From Cyanophora paradoxa CCMP329 (lineage: Eukaryota; Plantae; Glaucophyta), in the NCBI GenBank assembly GCA_004431415.1, contig QPMI01000434.1, forward strand, positions 124,001-188,000: a stretch of DNA of 64,000 bases. Reading direction: 5' to 3'. The translations under genes and the position numbers were made by a program. The stretch's first letter is position 1, and every line of letters starts with the position of its first letter. This document shows, piece by piece, positions 12,504 to 24,176 of the stretch. A model generated the notes under the pieces. It did no database searches. It saw nothing but the letters and a program-made list of their open reading frames with translations, and was not told the DNA's origin.

Positions 12504-13759
12504 TTACTGGGGCGGGTAGCCCTGCTGGGGGGGGTAGCCCTGCTGGGGCGGGTAGCCCTGCTGGGGCGGGTAGCCCTGCTGGGGGGGGTAGCCCTGCTGG
12601 GGCGGGTACCCCTGCTGGGGCTGCTGGTACATGGGCTGGGCGGGGGGCGGTGCTGCGAAGCAAGGCGGAATGAGATTCGGAGGCGGAGCGCTCCAGGGGG
12701 TGGGCAAGGGACGGACCCATCATGACGGGCTGCTGGATGATCGTCGTCTGCGGCATGATCTGGCCCGTCGCGATCTTGCCCCGCTTCCTGCCGCCGGCGT
12801 AAGAAGAGGGAGGGCGGTGGAAGATACAGGGCCTCGACACGCACTTCACTTCACGCGCTTCCTGGGCGATGGCGCAGCACGCACACCAGCAGTGGAGGCA
12901 GCAGTCGCCGCAGGTGGAGCCCTCGATGTTGTAGCCGCGGCGGATCTTGCTGCGCTTGCCGGACCCGAGAACCCAGGTGCCGAGGCCCGTGGCGCAGTCT
13001 GCGTCCGCGGCAGAGGAGCGTTGGCGGCACGAGGAGGCGGCGTCTGCGCTCGAGGCGGCGCGCAGGGATCTGGAGAGACGACAAACCGAGAATGCAGATG
13101 ATCGAGGTCGTTGCACAGCAAGAGCTCCCGTCGAAGTCCGAGTCCGTCAGCCCGATCTGGATCTGCGGGCAGCAGCACGCCAGGAAGCCTGCGGGCCGGG
13201 CAGGCTAGCTGTGAGCGAGGGCGGGAACGCCGAGGAGAGCACGAGGGGGAAAAGAGAGAGCACGCACAGCTGGCCGGGTCATTGAAGCACTCGCACAGGC
13301 CCGAGCTCCATTGTCCCGGTGGCACGACGACATTCTAGAAGAGAACGGCGTTAGCAGAAGCCGCAACGCTCACTCAGCGCTAGCTAGGCTAGTCCAAGCC
13401 CGATTTGGCGTTCGGCGGTTGGCCATGGCGGGGGGCGAAAAAGGCCGGCGGGTGGCGGCTCCATCGCGCCTTGCGGTGCTAGCTCAGCTTTTCAAAGTTT
13501 GCTAGGCGCCCAGGCCCGGAATAGCGCGTTTGGCGGCTGGAATAGAGTCCCGGGCGCGACCGGTGCGGAAAAGCCGGCGGGCTCCGAAACGGACTGCAAA
13601 CCTGCTGTACAACGGTTGTCTTCGCCCGCGGTACAAGAAATCCGGCGCGAGGGACGGCGGTCAGCAAGGAGCCATCGCGGTAGCGCCGCACAACCGCCGG
13701 CGCTAGCGGGATCGGAAGAGCACCTGCATCATCATCGGTTGGGGCTGCTGGTACGCCAT
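12504..13759 (-). CDS. PLAC8-family protein, paralog 2, with (GYPPQQ)n tail
   Basis: MAYQQPQPMMMQ / TTVVQQ / WSSGLCECFNDPASC / CCCPQIQIG / IRRGYNIEGSTCGDCCLHCWCACCAIAQEAREVK; 18-bp tandem repeats encoding GYPPQQ near 12510-12620. Confidence 0.88.
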
Positions 13760-15308
13760 GATGGCCTGGGCTGCTGAAAGGGGTGCTCCTGGGCTGGTGC
13801 TTCCGGTCCTGATCTGGTTGATCGGAGGCTCGGAGCCTTACCTTAAGGAGTTATTCTTGGACTCCCGTGAATCTTTCCCGTACCCACCGGGATCGTCGCC
13901 CGGCCCGGCGTCGCCGGTCGCCGGGGCCATATGCATATGCATGCAGCAACTCAAGATCGACTGGGCGCAGCATGGATTTCGTGCACGCACCGCGCTGACC
14001 GCTATCTGTCGACGTCGCCTGTCCGACGTCGACGGCCGCGCCGGCGCCGCGGTACCGGTCGACGTCGACGTCGCCGCGCGCGCGCGCGCGCGCGCGCCGG
14101 CGCTGGCCATGCATATGGCGCCGAGTTGCGCGCACGCACTCAGCGGCTTTAAAAACTTTTGCATGCAAGCTCGCCGAGTCGAGCTCGAGCTCGAGCCTTG
14201 CTACATAGTAGATTAACCCATGTTCCCCTTCGAAGAAAATTCCGTTTAGTACTACGGCAGACTCAAACTGCCAGCATTGAGTGCAGAGTCAACAGTCAAA
14301 CTCACTGAGTGGAGTGCGCTCCATGGGTGGTCCAGCCTGGGCTACCAACAGTCGTGCCAGCATGTTTGGTAAGTGGGGAACTTGTGAATCGCAGGCCAGT
14401 GGTTGAGTTGTCGCTCTCATTGGTATACTCAATTCGATATGCACTTGAAGGCTGCCAGAGCTGCCTTGACTCACTGTGGTCACTGAGACGGGCTCCTCAT
14501 GATCATGAGAAGGTAAAGTCACTGAGTGATGTATGACTCTGTGACTTTTTTAAAAAAGTAGCGGCAGCCCCTGCCCTTGCCAGTGAGCTTGGAAGTATGA
14601 AGTGGCAAGATCTGCCACAGAGTGGAGTTTTGTGGCTGAAATTGGGTATCCGGCAGTTCTGTCAATGGAAAGTCGCTTTTTTCCCCTTTTTCTTCCTGAA
14701 GAGCTGTTACTGTTCAGTGCCGATTCAGAACCCGTTCTATTCTTGGCGAAAACAAAATGATGAATTCGAACAACTTCACAAGTTAAACAAAAAGCAAATG
14801 CCATATCCGCACTAGTACTGAACTTGTACAGTGTGACTTTAGTGCTGATTCAGAAATGGTTGAATTTTCGGAAAACAACAAACAAAAAGAAGAGAACACG
14901 ACAAACACCAATTGCAACTCGGCCAACAACAAACATGAGAAATTAATTGTCCTTTCTTTGTCATTGGGTGACAATCGAACTGCCTTTAACTAACTATGAT
15001 GTAGTCTCTTGAAATGTAAAACCTGTGTTGCACAGGCTGGCAAAGAAAGCTGCTTGTCGTTGATTGAACTGTATAAGTTTAATTTGATGTTAGAAACGCG
15101 CACCGAATTCGCTCACACGCGCACTGTGCTGCAATCAGGTCATTGCCGGACGCGAAAACCTTGCTCAGGTTTGTACTTGTTCTTTGCTTGGCCAACAAAC
15201 AAACAGAAGAAACTATATAATGAAAGAAAGGAAAACCAATGTCTAATTTCTGCTTGGGTTTGCAGACGGAAGAAATGGAACATCAAGGCAGAGGCTCTGA
15301 ACATGTAC

Positions 15309-15512
15309 ACGTTTCCAGACAAAGGTCTGTAAATTCTTTGAAATAGCCCGGAGGATCTTAGGAGGTGCTGGAACCGCACGGATATAAAAGCTTAAGACCC
15401 CCTGACAAAAAGCATAGGCAATGCGACCCCGTCCAAGAAGGGACGACTGGAAATCGACAGCTGTCTCCATAAAGAAGGTCGCTTTATGCTGAATCATGTT
15501 CCAAGACGGATG
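15309..15512 (-). mobile_element. Outer LINE RT fragment, left part (target of the inner LINE)
   Basis: Near-identical to 41189-41392 (one CpG difference seen at 15420). Ends in the TSD copy CCAAGACGGATG (15501-15512). Confidence 0.85.
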
Positions 15513-15779
15513 AAGAAGAAGAGTATGTATAAGACACGCCCGAGCCGGTTGTGCGGTTTTGACGAAAGGCGAAGGACCCGAAGGCCCGAAGCACAATCGA
15601 CAGTGAACCAACCAGACAAGGGTAGTGGCGGCGCAAACGCCTTACGGTCTACCATGTATGCCCCGGCGGTCCGGCGCTCATACACGCAGACACGGAAAGC
15701 AACCACAGACATCCCAATGCGGGCCTCTTCCTAATGCCGGCCTGGGGGAGTCCTGGTCACGACCTCACGTGTGAAACCT

Positions 15780-16495
15780 TCAGCCATCAGTCATGTCATC
15801 AGCCTCTTCGTCAGAGATAAGCACCATTGGGGAACCTGGGTCATCAGCGAGATCCATAGGGGCAGCGGATGGGAGAGTTGGAGGAGGTGAAGGCCGCAAG
15901 CGTTTGAAAGAAACCTGAGGTGGGACACCAGGAATGTTATCACCATGATCCAGAGCACCAGGGTCTGGAGAAGACATTCGACGACGCTTAGGCGGGACAA
16001 TAGAAGGAGAAAGAGGATCAGTATCCATGGGCGTCATAGGCGCAGAAGAAGGCAGAGGGCAGAAGAGGGAGGAGCTAGGGAAGCAATGACAGCATGACTC
16101 GCGAAGTCGGCTCAACATCAACAGCGTCGATTCGGATAGGAGAGATCGGCAGCAGATCAGGGGCAAGCTCAGTGTCATCCACATAGATGATAACTTGAGG
16201 AGAGGGCGGAGGTGAACCTGTATCATCTATAGCAGCATCAAGACCAAACGCTGAAGCACCAACACGACGGCGTTGAAGAGGCGGCTCATCCTCCGAGTCA
16301 ATATCGGGCGGCGGGTGAGGTGGCAGCGGGTGAGGGGGTGAGTGAACCACAGGACCAGGGTCAGGGGCAGGGTCGGGTCCACCAGGGGGGTCGTCATCAT
16401 CTGATGAGGTACTACTGGAGGAATCATCAGGATCATCAGGGCCAAGGTCGGAAAGGTCAGAGGAGTCTGAGCCGTTGTCAGGAGGGGACATATAG
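15780..16495 (-). pseudogene. C-terminal acidic/Pro-rich tail of LINE ORF2, split off by the virus
   Basis: Reading across the virus with one TSD removed gives in-frame EKEDLEGY-MSPPDNGSDSSD...; one apparent frameshift near 16100-16220. Confidence 0.75.
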
Positions 16496-16921
16496 TGTTG
16501 TATACGCATGGACCTCACACCCGGGCAATTCCGCTTCGCTCCATTGCCCCCGATTCCATGCGTTTCCAGTGTATACCTCCAGCCCCTCTTCAGTTAATTC
16601 ACCTTGTACGTCTACGAGACCCTTATTCCCAGGTCTACCAGACTCGGGTCGGAGTCTTAACAAAGAAATATCTAACGACTATTCAGGGCAGAGCTGACAA
16701 CTTGAATAGACGAAGAGGAGCGCTGCCCCCTTGAGCGCGGTCTGTAGAACAACGTGGCAGAATAGGCTAGGCGATATTAATGAGTACAGAGAAGCTAAAC
16801 GAGGAAACGTGTTAAGCTCTAGCTAGATGTAATTGATGTGTACAGAGAAGCTAAACGAGGAAAAAGCGTTAAGCTATAGCCGCACGTAAGGACGGGCCCC
16901 AGAGCGGTCTGGTGCGGCCTC
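16496..16921 (+). repeat. Left terminal inverted repeat
   Basis: TGTTGTATACGCATGGAC...GGTGCGGCCTC is the reverse complement of 38713-39138 apart from two homopolymer-length differences. Contains an internal duplication GTACAGAGAAGCTAAACGAGGAAA. Confidence 0.95.
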
Positions 16922-16945
16922 TGGAGATGTGTCGATGACTTTACC

Positions 16946-17767
16946 TTTCTTTTGTTTTAATTGTTTTAATTGTTTTAATTCGGAGGGTCAAGTTCCTAAG
17001 AAAACTTTGCGGACGCCGTGACGTGACGCTGTGACGTGGCGAGAAAACGGCGAGATACGTGTCACACAAAAGATCACAAGTTTCAAGTTTAAACTTAACG
17101 CTGGCCGGTTGGACGGTTGACCGGTTGGATGCAGTCGCCTAGTCGGTTCGGAGCTAGAGCGCTCCGGCTAGGACCGCTAGACCCAGAGCTATGACTTTAT
17201 CAGCCGAGTGAGCTCTGACTCTCTGAAAATTGATGAAAAGCACAATTAGTTGCGAAATTAACAGGACCGGGTTTGTGGACAAGCTCACGTCCAAACGATG
17301 CTTTCATCACATCGATGCGCCCTGCGCTTACGGACGGACCGGGAAAGCGATTCGTACATCATCAGCTAGCTATAACCGCTGCAAGCTAGCGAGGCTGCGC
17401 GGTGAGAGCCTGGAGGTGCACGACCGGGGTTGTGGACAAGCTTGAACTCTGAAAAAGCCTGCAATTGTTGAACTTTGGAAATAGAAAAGTCGCAAGCCCA
17501 ATTTAATTATTTTGCAAGCTCAGCGGTCAGTCGACGAAACAGGTACCGGTTAGATCCGTCAGACTGCAGGCTCAGAAGTTTCTGCCTTTGGAGCTTTTCT
17601 TTTGTTTTAATTGTTTTAATTGTTTTAATTCGGAGGGTCAAGTTGGCGAGAAAACTTTGCGGACGCCGTGACGTGACGCTGTGACGTGGCGAGATACGTG
17701 ACACACAAAAGATTGGCGCTGATAGTGCGCTGATAGTGCGCTGATAGTGCGCTGATAGTGCGCTGAT
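16946..17767 (+). promoter_or_regulatory. Non-coding left arm: ~120-bp direct repeat (16946-17074 / 17596-17713) plus 11-bp tandem GCGCTGATAGT x4
   Basis: Both copies carry (TTGTTTTAA)3 then CGGAGGGTCAAGTT...GCGGACGCCGTGACGTGACGCTGTGACGTGGCGAGA. Lies upstream of pPolB; regulatory role is inferred. Confidence 0.55.
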
Positions 17768-17902
17768 TGCTAGCCGGAGACAGGTCTTGCAGTAAGTTGT
17801 ATGACTTAAAGGTTTCTCGCATACATACTAGCAATCAGAGATTGTCTGCGATTAAATCCCAAAAAGTTTTCGGCCATCCAATATTGTAGAGACCTATTCA
17901 TA

Positions 17903-20900
17903 ATGGACAGGAACAATCTGAGAGCTGAAATTCGGAGTCTAGCGCAGGAGCTACACAATCTTAGGTACATTAACGGAACATATTTGAACACACTGATGCG
18001 ACTAGCAGACCCACAGAGGGGAACCCACACACAAAATCTTCGAGCTAATCTTTCAACATTGCTTAGACTTAGACAGACGAACCGGCCGCAGCGCCCTTTG
18101 TACCAGTCATGGATAACAAGTCATTTTGAGAACGAACGCAATGCTCGAATTGAAGCCACGCGAGAGTTTGATGAAATTGTAGAGTATGGGATCTCGAATT
18201 TATTTCGCGAGACAGGTCGAGGTGATACCGTGTTAAATTATACTCACTATGCATATCCGGGTTGTTATTTACCAAGGATATTTTGGATATTGATCCGACT
18301 CCAATACCTGAGCGGGTTAAAGAGATCACGATTGAGTTTCTGAGAGAGCTGCGAATTCCAGAGAAAATAGGATCAAGCGTCCTAATTCGGTTTCATTTCG
18401 ATAACTTTCGCATGTATCGCACTCAACTAGCAACAATCGAAGAGGGCACAATGCAGTCGCTCTTGTCAAATCTGGCTGAAAAGATGGAACAATGGATGCT
18501 AGCGCAGCAGCCATATGAAGACAACGACCTTTGGCCAGTAGTGAAAATAGAGGTGCTCATTGCAGAGAACGCTGCAGGCGCACTTGGAAACGTACCGAAA
18601 CTCCATTCAATGGCAAAGCCCTGACCATGAATAAGATCTACTGTCCGATTTCACCAGAAGACAACTGTGTGCTTGAGTGTTTTGAATATGTGAAGCTAAA
18701 CCCTGGAAGAATAAGCCTTGATCGAATTTACAAGCAACTTCAGAGACTGGACTACGGAGGGATTAGAACACAGCTAGGACTGCGGCGAGGAATGATATCA
18801 GTTGATGTGCCAACGATTAATAAGCTGAGCGCTTTTTACAGAATAGACACCAGCGTTTTTGAGTTTTCGCAAGGAAAGTTTAAGCTGCTTTTGCGACCGA
18901 TCTAGGATTTGAAAAACGTGCTCACCTTTGTATAGTCGATGTGCACTGCTACCTGATTAAGGATAAAAGAACGACTGAGATGGAGAAGTGTAGTGCCTGC
19001 GGGAAATGCAGTTCGAACTGGAAAGACACAAGCTAACCTGTCAGTTTTGTGCTAGATGTCGTTGCGCCTACAATCCAATTGAAGATCACACAAACAAATG
19101 CGTTGCCGCCATCAGAAACAAAGGTGTTATTGGAAGAAAGATTACTCCTTGCGAAAAGGAGAGTGAATTTACAGCGATGGATAGCGTGATAGGGGCTGAC
19201 TTTGAAACATTTCCTTGTGATGGCAAGACCCACGTTCCTTATGCTGTTGACACAGACATAATATGCAAGGGCGAAATTGTAGGAACCAAGATGTTTTACG
19301 GTCCTGAAACATTAAATCAATTCATGCAATGGCTGGATGCTTGGGCAGAGAAGACCACAGTAGTATTTTACAACGGTGCTGGTTTTGATCTGATATTCAT
19401 ATACCGATGGCTGATTGAGAATCGGCCAGAAAGCCAGGTGAACGTCATGCGCTCCTCGGGCAAGATTAAGAGTATGAAATGGAAGACGTCAGCAGGAGGA
19501 GAGTTGACGAGTTTTGACCCGTGCCTACATATTCAAGGTTCACTAAAACAGGCTGGAAAGGACTACGGCTGCACGACAATCAAAGGAGACTTTGACCATC
19601 GCAAGATCAAGACGTGGGCAGACGTTGAGACACACAAGGAGGAATGGGAGAATATCTTAGAGCCGACGTGCGATCGATGACGGAGCTATACATGAAATAT
19701 TCGAGTACGAGCTTTGATCTATTTGGAATAAATGTGAATTCCAAACAAACACTTACAGCTTCATCAATGGCTTTTCAGATTTACCGGCAGCTGTTGAAGA
19801 CAGAGCTGCAACTTCCGAAGTATAGTGAAGATCAGGTGTTTCGCAGGGCGATTTACGGAGGTCGCTGTTTACCATTCAAACGCAAGTTTGTCTCGAAGGG
19901 TCCAGATGATTACTTGGTAGATCTGGATGTGGTCTCTCTATATCCAACCGCTATGTACTTTAACCAGTTTCCTACAGGTAAATTTAAGCTAATCAATGAA
20001 CCGGAGGCATTAGAACGTTTTAGAAAGTTCATGTTAAGTCGAAAAATGGAGCAACTGTTCATTGCGAGCATCAGTGCGAAAATTCCTCAGGACCTTGTGC
20101 TTTCTCCGCTACCTCGTCACGAGTCGAATTTGGGCTGGTCGAACCTGAAACCGATCGAGCGCGAGATGTATACATCGGTTGATATCTACAGGGCGATAGC
20201 GCTTGGGGTGGAAATAACAGAAGTTCACGAGGTGTATTTATTTGAAGGCAAGGAGAGAATGTTTAAAGATTACATCGAGAAGTTATACTGTATGAAAGCT
20301 CGTTCAAGGAAGGGCACAGCTCAGTACGCAACAGCAAAGATTCAATTAAATGGTCTTTACGGAAAATTTGCCCAGAGGCCTGTGATCGAAACAACAGAGC
20401 TAGTTTCTAATTACCGCCGATTTAAGGAGCTACAGCGGACGTCTACGATTACAGACATCGAAATTGAGAGTGAAACACGGATGTATGTGACATATGAAGT
20501 ACCTGAGAGCAAACGTGATGCTTGTGTGTCGAAGCCCTGTTTTATTGGAGCATTTATTCTGTCCTACAGTCGCGAGATAATGGACAGGTTCCTAGTAAAG
20601 ATGAACTCTTATAAAGACATCGAAGCCATGCCGTTTTACACGGACACGGACTCTCTTGTTGTGCACAGGAAATTTGCAGAGCTGGTGACTGATTGCATGA
20701 AGCGGCCCTACTCTGTGGAGGGAATGGGCGAAGAGGAGGCGAACAGGGTGATCTGCGAGAGCGAACTTGGAAAACTAGATTACGATATCCAGGGACACAT
20801 TGTGGAGGCGTATTTCGTTGGGCCCAAGGTGTACTGTTGTCGGTACGTGAAAGCGAACGGTGAATCGGACGTGCATGTGCGTGCCAAAGGAATACCAAAA

Positions 20901-21224
20901 AGCTGGATCGAAGAGAACTGGCTTTCGAATGATCCGGAGATGAGGAAGGGGCACCTCCATTCTCGGGTTGCTTTGGAAGCGTTCAAGCAGATGCTTGAGA
21001 GCCGGTATCAGCCGGAGTGCAAAATAGAGTCTAAACTATCTCGTGTCTTCAAACCGAATGGAAAGCAACGCGAGGAGGGGATAGGTTTTAGTTCAATCAT
21101 TCAGATTCCATTCAGCAGAGTATTAAATAAGACGGAATACACAAAGCGAAAGATAATTTCGGATGACTATTACAGCACAGTTCCTCATGAGTACATCAGC
21201 CAAAATTCAGGAGGCATACTATGA
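17903..21224 (+). CDS. polB: Protein-primed family B DNA polymerase (pPolB), broken by ~5 single-base frameshifts
   Basis: ExoI ADFET, ExoII YNGAGFDL, ExoIII YLRADV, motif A LDVVSLYPTAM, motif B KIQLNGLYGKFAQ, motif C YTDTDS, GPKVYC, VRAKGIP. N-terminal region has EDNCVLECF...HCYLI and Cys/His Zn-finger-like residues. Confidence 0.95.
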
Positions 21225-22322
21225 TCCAGAAATAGGGCTTCAGTCTGCCACACGTATTGCCAAGAAGTTGAAAATACCAGTTTCCAGGGTTAGAGAAGTG
21301 CTGGAGAAATTATCGACAGCGCAAAGATTTGTGAGGCCGCAAAAAGAGAAACCATTCACAAGTATAACATACGACAAAGCAGAGAAATACTACGAGGTGG
21401 ACCTAATCGACGTGACTCCGTACGCTAGAACAAACCGCGGTATTCACTTTATAATGAACGCAGTGGACGTAGTGACTCGGAAAGCCTACAGCATTCCAAT
21501 GAAGAACAAGAGCGAAAGTACACTCCTTTCAACACTACGGAAACTCATAGATAGTTTTCCAGCCAAGCCGGATATTATTCAGACAGATCAGGAGTTTAAA
21601 GCTTCAGCTGGTAGTTTGTTAGAAGCTGAGGGAATTAAGCACAATGCTGTGGAAGCGCATCGACCACAAGCAAACGGCAAAATAGAAAGATTTAATGGAA
21701 CTTTGAAGCGAGTTATTGCACGGTATATGGAGGCATATGACACGGATAGGTACATCGACAAGCTGCCCGCTTTCTTGCGCAATTATAATTCGTCAGAGCA
21801 TAGGTCGATTGGTACATCGCCAAACGCTGCAGCAGAGAATCCGAAGGAGACAATCGCGCGCAACGATTATCAGCGAGAGATCTACGAGCAGCAACACTAC
21901 CTGAAGGAGGTCGAATTTAAAGTAGGAGACCTAGTTCGAGTTAAGCTAACCAGGAGAACCTTCGATAAATCGACAAAGCCAACCTTCTCGAAAGAAGTAT
22001 TTCGAATTGAGTCGATTGGGGTTTTGGACCCCTTCTAAGATTTAAACTCGCTGGATCGGATACACCAGTGACCTACCAGCAACTTTTAAAGGTCCCAGTA
22101 GATTCAGAGGAACGTCGTGCGGGAAATGCAGCACAGCGGTCACAGCAGCGCAGAAAGAAGGAGCTAAATCTGATGCGAGAGAATTTAGATCGAGTGGACA
22201 TAGAAAAAAATAAGAAGCTGCTTCGCCTTCAAAAGCAACTTGCGACAGCTGGAACTGTCAAGTTAAACCCTGGTGGAATATTAGAGAGAACAAAGACCAG
22301 AAGGCTAGTCAAAGAGCTATAA
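21187..22322 (+). CDS. int: Retroviral-like (rve, DDE) integrase of Polinton type; C-terminus frameshifted near 22020
   Basis: YEVDLID, NAVDVVTRKAY, IQTDQEF, NGKIERFNGTLK, YNSSEHRSIGTSP, FKVGDLVRV...FDKSTKPTFSKEVFRI. Overlaps the polB stop. Confidence 0.93.
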
Positions 22323-22584
22323 CAACACATTGTTGGAGGGACTCTAGCAGTGCTAACTTTTCGTAGATTCGATTGCGATAGCGGCGATTGGCCTCTAAAT
22401 GATTCTCGCTGTTGTTCTGCTGGTATCTTGAGCTGGCTTCTATGTGTCGTCGGCGAAATTCCGGATCTTCATTGTAACGACGGCGATGGCTCTCTGCACG
22501 CTTTGCCTTTCGTGCAGCAGCAATTTCAGGGGTAACAACAATTGGTTTGCGACCACGCTGTTTAGTTGATGATTCAACATCCAT
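22309..22584 (-). CDS. Small basic helical viral protein, possibly DNA-binding
   Basis: ATG-started 91-aa ORF with KQRGRKP and an Arg-rich helical segment, in a gene-dense viral region. Confidence 0.55.
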   Translation of the reverse strand: MDVESSTKQRGRKPIVVTPEIAAARKAKRAESHRRRYNEDPEFRRRHIEASSRYQQNNSENHLEANRRYRNRIYEKLALLESLQQCVVIAL

Positions 22585-22681
22585 TTCTTTGGTTTTCTCG
22601 TCACAAACAAGGTACGAAATCTTTTTATGGCATAAATCGCAGGTTTGTGTTGCGTTAAATTCCGAACATAAAATCCGAGAT

Positions 22682-22954
22682 ATGATTCAAATAATGCCCG
22701 CAGGAACAATTCGATTTGGGAAGTACCGCGGTGAAACTCATCTTAAAGTAGTTTTTAGCGACCCAAAGTATGCGGAATGGTTGTTATCTTGGCCGCATCT
22801 TCGTGAGTACGACAAACGTGAATTGCAGCACGCTTTTGAGATTTGTCAATTAGAAGAACCAGCGATGGTTCAGGGAAGGATTGATCGAGCAAAACAGCAA
22901 AGGAGACCTACTGTGGAGGATCTTCCGGATTTGCCTGATTTTGACTTGTCTTAA
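22682..22954 (+). CDS. Small protein with FGKY(K/R)G...DPxYxxW motif (DUF3820/ExoX C-terminal-like)
   Basis: IRFGKYRGETHLKVVFSDPKYAEWLL. Confidence 0.65.
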   Translation: MIQIMPAGTIRFGKYRGETHLKVVFSDPKYAEWLLSWPHLREYDKRELQHAFEICQLEEPAMVQGRIDRAKQQRRPTVEDLPDLPDFDLS

Positions 22955-23008
22955 AGAGATCTCTATCTCAGATTGTAAAGTCGCAGACAAGCAGCTCGGC
23001 TGCGCCAA

Positions 23009-23581
23009 ATGGAGGTCACAATTCCAGATGTTCCCGAAGGCGCTGTTGCTATCCCGCTTGGTGGAATCCGCAATCATCGTCGAGTAATTGTCGCCTATGC
23101 ACTTGTTAGTCAGGATGATGCTCAACGTGTTCTTGGATTTCGGTGGAGATTAAATAACTATGGATATGCTTTCACAACGATCAATGGTGAGACCGTGTAT
23201 TTGCATCGATTTATCAGCGGCAATCTTGAGAATGGATTAACTGTTGATCACATAAATCTAAACAAGCTTGACAATCGCCGCGAAAATTTGCGTTTGGCAA
23301 CAAAGCGCCAGCAGCAGCTGAACCAAAACCGGCGGGTCACAAACACATCAGGTTTCACTGGTGTTTACTTCGATAAGTGGTGTGGTAAATGGCAAGCACA
23401 TTATCGGATAAATGGGCATCGGAAGCACATCGGTCTGTTTCAAACAGCAGAAGAAGCTGCTAAAGCCAGAGACACCTATGCCCTTGATCACACTTCCGAA
23501 TCTGATCGTCCATTCCTGCGTATGAATTTCACAAACGAATCCTCCGTCCACCCATCGCTCCCTTCAGTTGTGAACTCGTAG
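23009..23581 (+). CDS. HNH-AP2 homing endonuclease-like protein
   Basis: YLHRFI...VDHINLNKLDNRRENLR (HNH_3 type), then NTSGFTGVYFDK...KWQAHYRINGHRKHIGLFQTAEEAAKARD (AP2 domain). Confidence 0.92.
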   Translation: MEVTIPDVPEGAVAIPLGGIRNHRRVIVAYALVSQDDAQRVLGFRWRLNNYGYAFTTINGETVYLHRFISGNLENGLTVDHINLNKLDNRRENLRLATKRQQQLNQNRRVTNTSGFTGVYFDKWCGKWQAHYRINGHRKHIGLFQTAEEAAKARDTYALDHTSESDRPFLRMNFTNESSVHPSLPSVVNS

Positions 23582-24167
23582 AATTCGCTTCAGACACATA
23601 AGGCGTAGCGGGCTTTACAGCTGCATCATCGAAAGCTTGTGAAGCCTTCTCTTTTTCGTTTTTCAGATACCGCAAATCCGGCACGTCCATGGGTCTGTGC
23701 TTAAACATTTCGCTGCGCAACATGTCGCGGATCTTAGCTCTTTCTTGCTTGTCTTTTACATACGATTCGATATTAGCCGACCTCGCTTCTAGATCGCGCA
23801 ATTTAGCAGCTAACTCGTCAAACTGCGTCTTTGACACCGTTGCTGTCTTTATTTTTGGACCGGAATATCTAGGCTCAGACGCCATGGCTTGGATAATTCT
23901 AGCAGCATCATCGTCGATATCGGACTGCATTTCGTTTACAGTTTTAGCCTGGCTTTGTCGGTCGTCAATCGCACTGGCATTAGCAGATGCGGAGGCAATC
24001 ATTTTTGCGACAGGTGCATTTAAACGTGGGTCACTAGATAATTCACCACTAGGATCAGCAACAGCTGCGCCTTCAGTTGACCCACTTTCAATCAGTGGAG
24101 CATTGGGCTCAGATATATTAACCTTGCGTCGTTCACGATATCCCTTCTTTGGAATGCCGCGACCCAT
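23529..24167 (-). CDS. Hypothetical viral protein with basic termini and coiled coil (possible core protein)
   Basis: 212-aa ATG ORF directly downstream of the ATPase on the same strand; MGRGIPKKGYRERRK ... GGRRIRL. Confidence 0.6.
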   Translation of the reverse strand: MGRGIPKKGYRERRKVNISEPNAPLIESGSTEGAAVADPSGELSSDPRLNAPVAKMIASASANASAIDDRQSQAKTVNEMQSDIDDDAARIIQAMASEPRYSGPKIKTATVSKTQFDELAAKLRDLEARSANIESYVKDKQERAKIRDMLRSEMFKHRPMDVPDLRYLKNEKEKASQAFDDAAVKPATPYVSEANSTSSQLKGAMGGRRIRL

Positions 24168-24176
24168 CTTATTTTA

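Noticed and set aside
16494-16500. Reading the left end as a canonical Polinton AG start
   Set aside because: The right end is ...ACAACA, not ...CT. The AG belongs to the ATATAG duplication.
16320-16734. ORFs overlapping the TIRs (also 38888-39217 and the last ~65 aa of 38937-40346)
   Set aside because: They are read-through into TIR sequence. The genuine LINE frame resumes at 16495.
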